Source of the DNA: Dehalococcoides sp. JdFR-56 | GTDB lineage: Bacteria; Chloroflexota; Dehalococcoidia; Dehalococcoidales; RBG-16-60-22 | Direction: 5' to 3' | Assembly (NCBI GenBank): GCA_002011495.1 | Contig: MTNR01000061.1 | Location: 2,131 to 66,130, forward strand | Length of the DNA: 64,000 nt | Shown: piece by piece, positions 62,194 through 64,000 of the stretch | Layout: each line of letters begins with the position of its first letter | Numbering within the stretch: position 1 is the stretch's first letter | The notes under the pieces: generated by a model | What the model was told of the DNA's origin: nothing | Seen by the model: the letters and a program-made list of their open reading frames with translations, nothing else | The model's database searches: none | Made by a program: the position numbers and the translations under genes

Positions 62194-64000
62194 TCAGCGC
62201 GCTACCAGGTTTATCAGTCTCCCCGGGACGTAGATTATCTTGGCCAGCTCCTTGCCGTCAAGGTGGGGCTTTACCCGCTGGCTCTGCAGGGCTAGCTGTT
62301 TGGCCTCGTCTTCGGTGATTGACACTGGAACAGTGATGCGGTCGCGCAGCTTGCCATTGACCTGAACCACCAGAGTTATCTCCTCAGCTCTGGCCAGCTC
62401 AGCATCCCACTCCGGCCAGCGCTGGTTATGGATGCTGTACTCACCTCCCGTCCTCTCCCAGAGCTCTTCGGCGAGGTGAGGGGCGGTGGGGGCGAGGAGC
62501 CGGAGCAGGATATTTATCGCCTCTTCCCAGGCCGGGGAGGTGACCGCTGCGCTCTCTTTAACTTTGCCCAGATAGTTGGTGAACTCCATGAGCGAGGAGA
62601 TCATGGTATTGAAGTGGAGCCTTTCCAGGTCCTCGGTCACTCTCTTTATGGTCTGGTGGGTAAAGCGGGATAGCTCACGCTCGGCTTTCTTGGTGGTGTC
62701 AAGGTTAACCTTTTCGTCCTGGCGGTATCCTTCCAGCACCAGATGCCAGACGCGGTTGAGCCAGCGGCTTATCCCGCTGATGCTGCTGTCATTCCACTCG
62801 CCACCCTGCTCCCAGGGTGCCAGGAACATAAGGTAGGCCCGGACCGTATCCGCGCCCAATTCAGCCACATATTCATCGGGAGTGATGACATTGCCCCGCG
62901 ATTTGCTCATCTTCTGCTTCTCGGCGATGATGATGCCCTGGTTGAACAGGCGTTTGAAGGGCTCATCAAAGTCAACCAGCCCCATATCCCGCAGCGCCTT
63001 GATGAAGAAGCGGGAGTAAAGTAAGTGCATCACGGCGTGCTCGGCGCCGCCAGTGTAGAGGTCCACCGGCATCCAGTATTTCACCTTGTCGGCATCAAAG
63101 GGGGCATTGTCACAGTGAGGGCTGGTGTAACGCAGGAAGTACCAGGAGGAGCACATGAAGGTGTCCATGGTATCCGTCTCCCGCTTGGCGGGGGCGCCGC
63201 AGCGGGGACAGGTGGTGTTGACGAACTGCTCGTGGTATTTCAGTGGAGATTCGCCGGTGGGCCTGAACTCGGCATCTTCGGGCAATAGCACGGGTAGGTC
63301 TTCCTCAGGGACGGGGACAATGCCGCACTTCTCACAATAAATCATGGGAATGGGCGCCCCCCAGTAGCGCTGGCGGGAGATGAGCCAGTCACGGATGCGG
63401 TAGCTCACCGTGCGCTTGCCCCAGCCCTTCTCCTCGAGAAAGACAGAGACAGCTTCCATCCCCTGCTCGCTGGGTAGCCCGTTGAACTGCCCCGAGTTCA
63501 CCATAATTCCCGGCTCAACATAGGCCTCCTCAAGCTCCTCGCCCTGCCAGCCGGGCGGAGCCACCACCACCCGTATGGGCAAGTTATACTTCTTAGCGAA
63601 GGCGAAATCGCGCTCATCATGGGCGGGCACGCCCATCACCGCCCCGGTGCCGTAGCTCAGCAGCACGTAGTCAGCAATCCAAATAGGCACCTTCTCCCCG
63701 TTGAGCCGGTTAAGACAGTAGGCGCCGATGAATACCCCGTCCTTCTCCTTCTCCGTTGACAGCCGCTCTATTTCACTTAATCTCCTTGATTTGGCGATGT
63801 ACTCCTCAACCTCGGCCTTTTTCTCGGGTGAGGTCAGCACCGGCACCAGCGGGTGCTCCGGAGCCAGCACCATAAAGGTAACGCCAAAGGTGGTATCGGG
63901 ACGGGTGGTGAAGACCCTGATCTCTTTCTCTTCTACGCCCGGATGGTCAAGGGTGAAGGAAATCTCGGTGCCGTGGCTTTTGCCTATCCAGTTGGTCTGC
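62194..64000 (-). CDS. leuS: leucyl-tRNA synthetase, C-terminal ~600 aa (5' end beyond window)
   Basis: The reading frame is open to the window edge, upstream of the ORF-track internal Met. It contains the KMSKS loop (QKMSKSRGNV), the zinc-knuckle region CEKCG...CPRCG, and the LeuS C-terminal anticodon-binding region. Confidence 0.95.
   Translation of the reverse strand, partial: QTNWIGKSHGTEISFTLDHPGVEEKEIRVFTTRPDTTFGVTFMVLAPEHPLVPVLTSPEKKAEVEEYIAKSRRLSEIERLSTEKEKDGVFIGAYCLNRLNGEKVPIWIADYVLLSYGTGAVMGVPAHDERDFAFAKKYNLPIRVVVAPPGWQGEELEEAYVEPGIMVNSGQFNGLPSEQGMEAVSVFLEEKGWGKRTVSYRIRDWLISRQRYWGAPIPMIYCEKCGIVPVPEEDLPVLLPEDAEFRPTGESPLKYHEQFVNTTCPRCGAPAKRETDTMDTFMCSSWYFLRYTSPHCDNAPFDADKVKYWMPVDLYTGGAEHAVMHLLYSRFFIKALRDMGLVDFDEPFKRLFNQGIIIAEKQKMSKSRGNVITPDEYVAELGADTVRAYLMFLAPWEQGGEWNDSSISGISRWLNRVWHLVLEGYRQDEKVNLDTTKKAERELSRFTHQTIKRVTEDLERLHFNTMISSLMEFTNYLGKVKESAAVTSPAWEEAINILLRLLAPTAPHLAEELWERTGGEYSIHNQRWPEWDAELARAEEITLVVQVNGKLRDRITVPVSITEDEAKQLALQSQRVKPHLDGKELAKIIYVPGRLINLVAR

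Overview
Densely coded, moderately GC-rich chromosomal window. All coordinates and motifs come from reading the sequence and the ORF track; no searches were run. Gene content suggests an anaerobic Chloroflexota (Dehalococcoidia-like) bacterium, which is inference only. The supporting features are a minimal division cluster (mraZ-rsmH-ftsA-ftsZ) with no mur/ftsI/ftsW/ftsQ genes, a soluble PAS/GAF histidine kinase, an Mvh/Vhu-type [NiFe] hydrogenase, superoxide reductase, and 2-oxoacid:ferredoxin oxidoreductase.

Gene content, left to right:
- 1-8811 (minus): a redox cluster. It holds a degenerate HdrC-like ORF, a QmoC-like FeS/membrane protein, a 1477-aa HdrA / GltD(NfnB)-like / HdrA fusion, MvhD, a 67-aa ORF, and hydrogenase small and large subunits.
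- 8859-12368 (minus): two tandem paralogous NarL-type response regulators and a PAS-GAF histidine kinase.
- about 12.4-16.8 kb: a visibly AT-richer, scarred region. It holds a frameshifted IS3-family transposase remnant, argG, a DUF3800-like orphan, a truncated tRNA-Pro-like fragment and a tiny epimerase N-terminal remnant.
- 16.8-23.3 kb: IclR regulator, TRAP transporter (DctPQM type), Gfo/Idh/MocA oxidoreductase and Zn-ADH.
- 23.4-27.7 kb: superoxide reductase, korAB-like OFOR and ACR3.
- 28-34.5 kb: Pho regulon block (convergent OmpR-type RR; pstSCAB-phoU-phoR), with a phased 11-bp Pho-box array upstream of pstS.
- 34.5-38.5 kb: yehZYXW-like osmoprotectant ABC system.
- 38.6-44.5 kb: cupredoxin, Asp/Glu-racemase-like protein plus ADH, two RCK (TrkA/KtrA) proteins, Usp and an APC permease.
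- 44.6-64 kb: housekeeping genes. These are def, priA, rplS (with a long acidic tail), trmD, mog, mraZ-rsmH-ftsA-ftsZ, rsmD, coaD, ferredoxin, cvpA, a MacAB-like efflux system with its regulator, yggT, proC and leuS (partial).

The strongest candidate for something not yet described is the Mvh-hydrogenase / HdrA-NfnB fusion / QmoC-like cluster, which has no HdrB in the window. Secondary candidates are a motif duplicated between the RsmH tail and a small ORF at the position normally held by ftsL, and the scarred AT-rich island.
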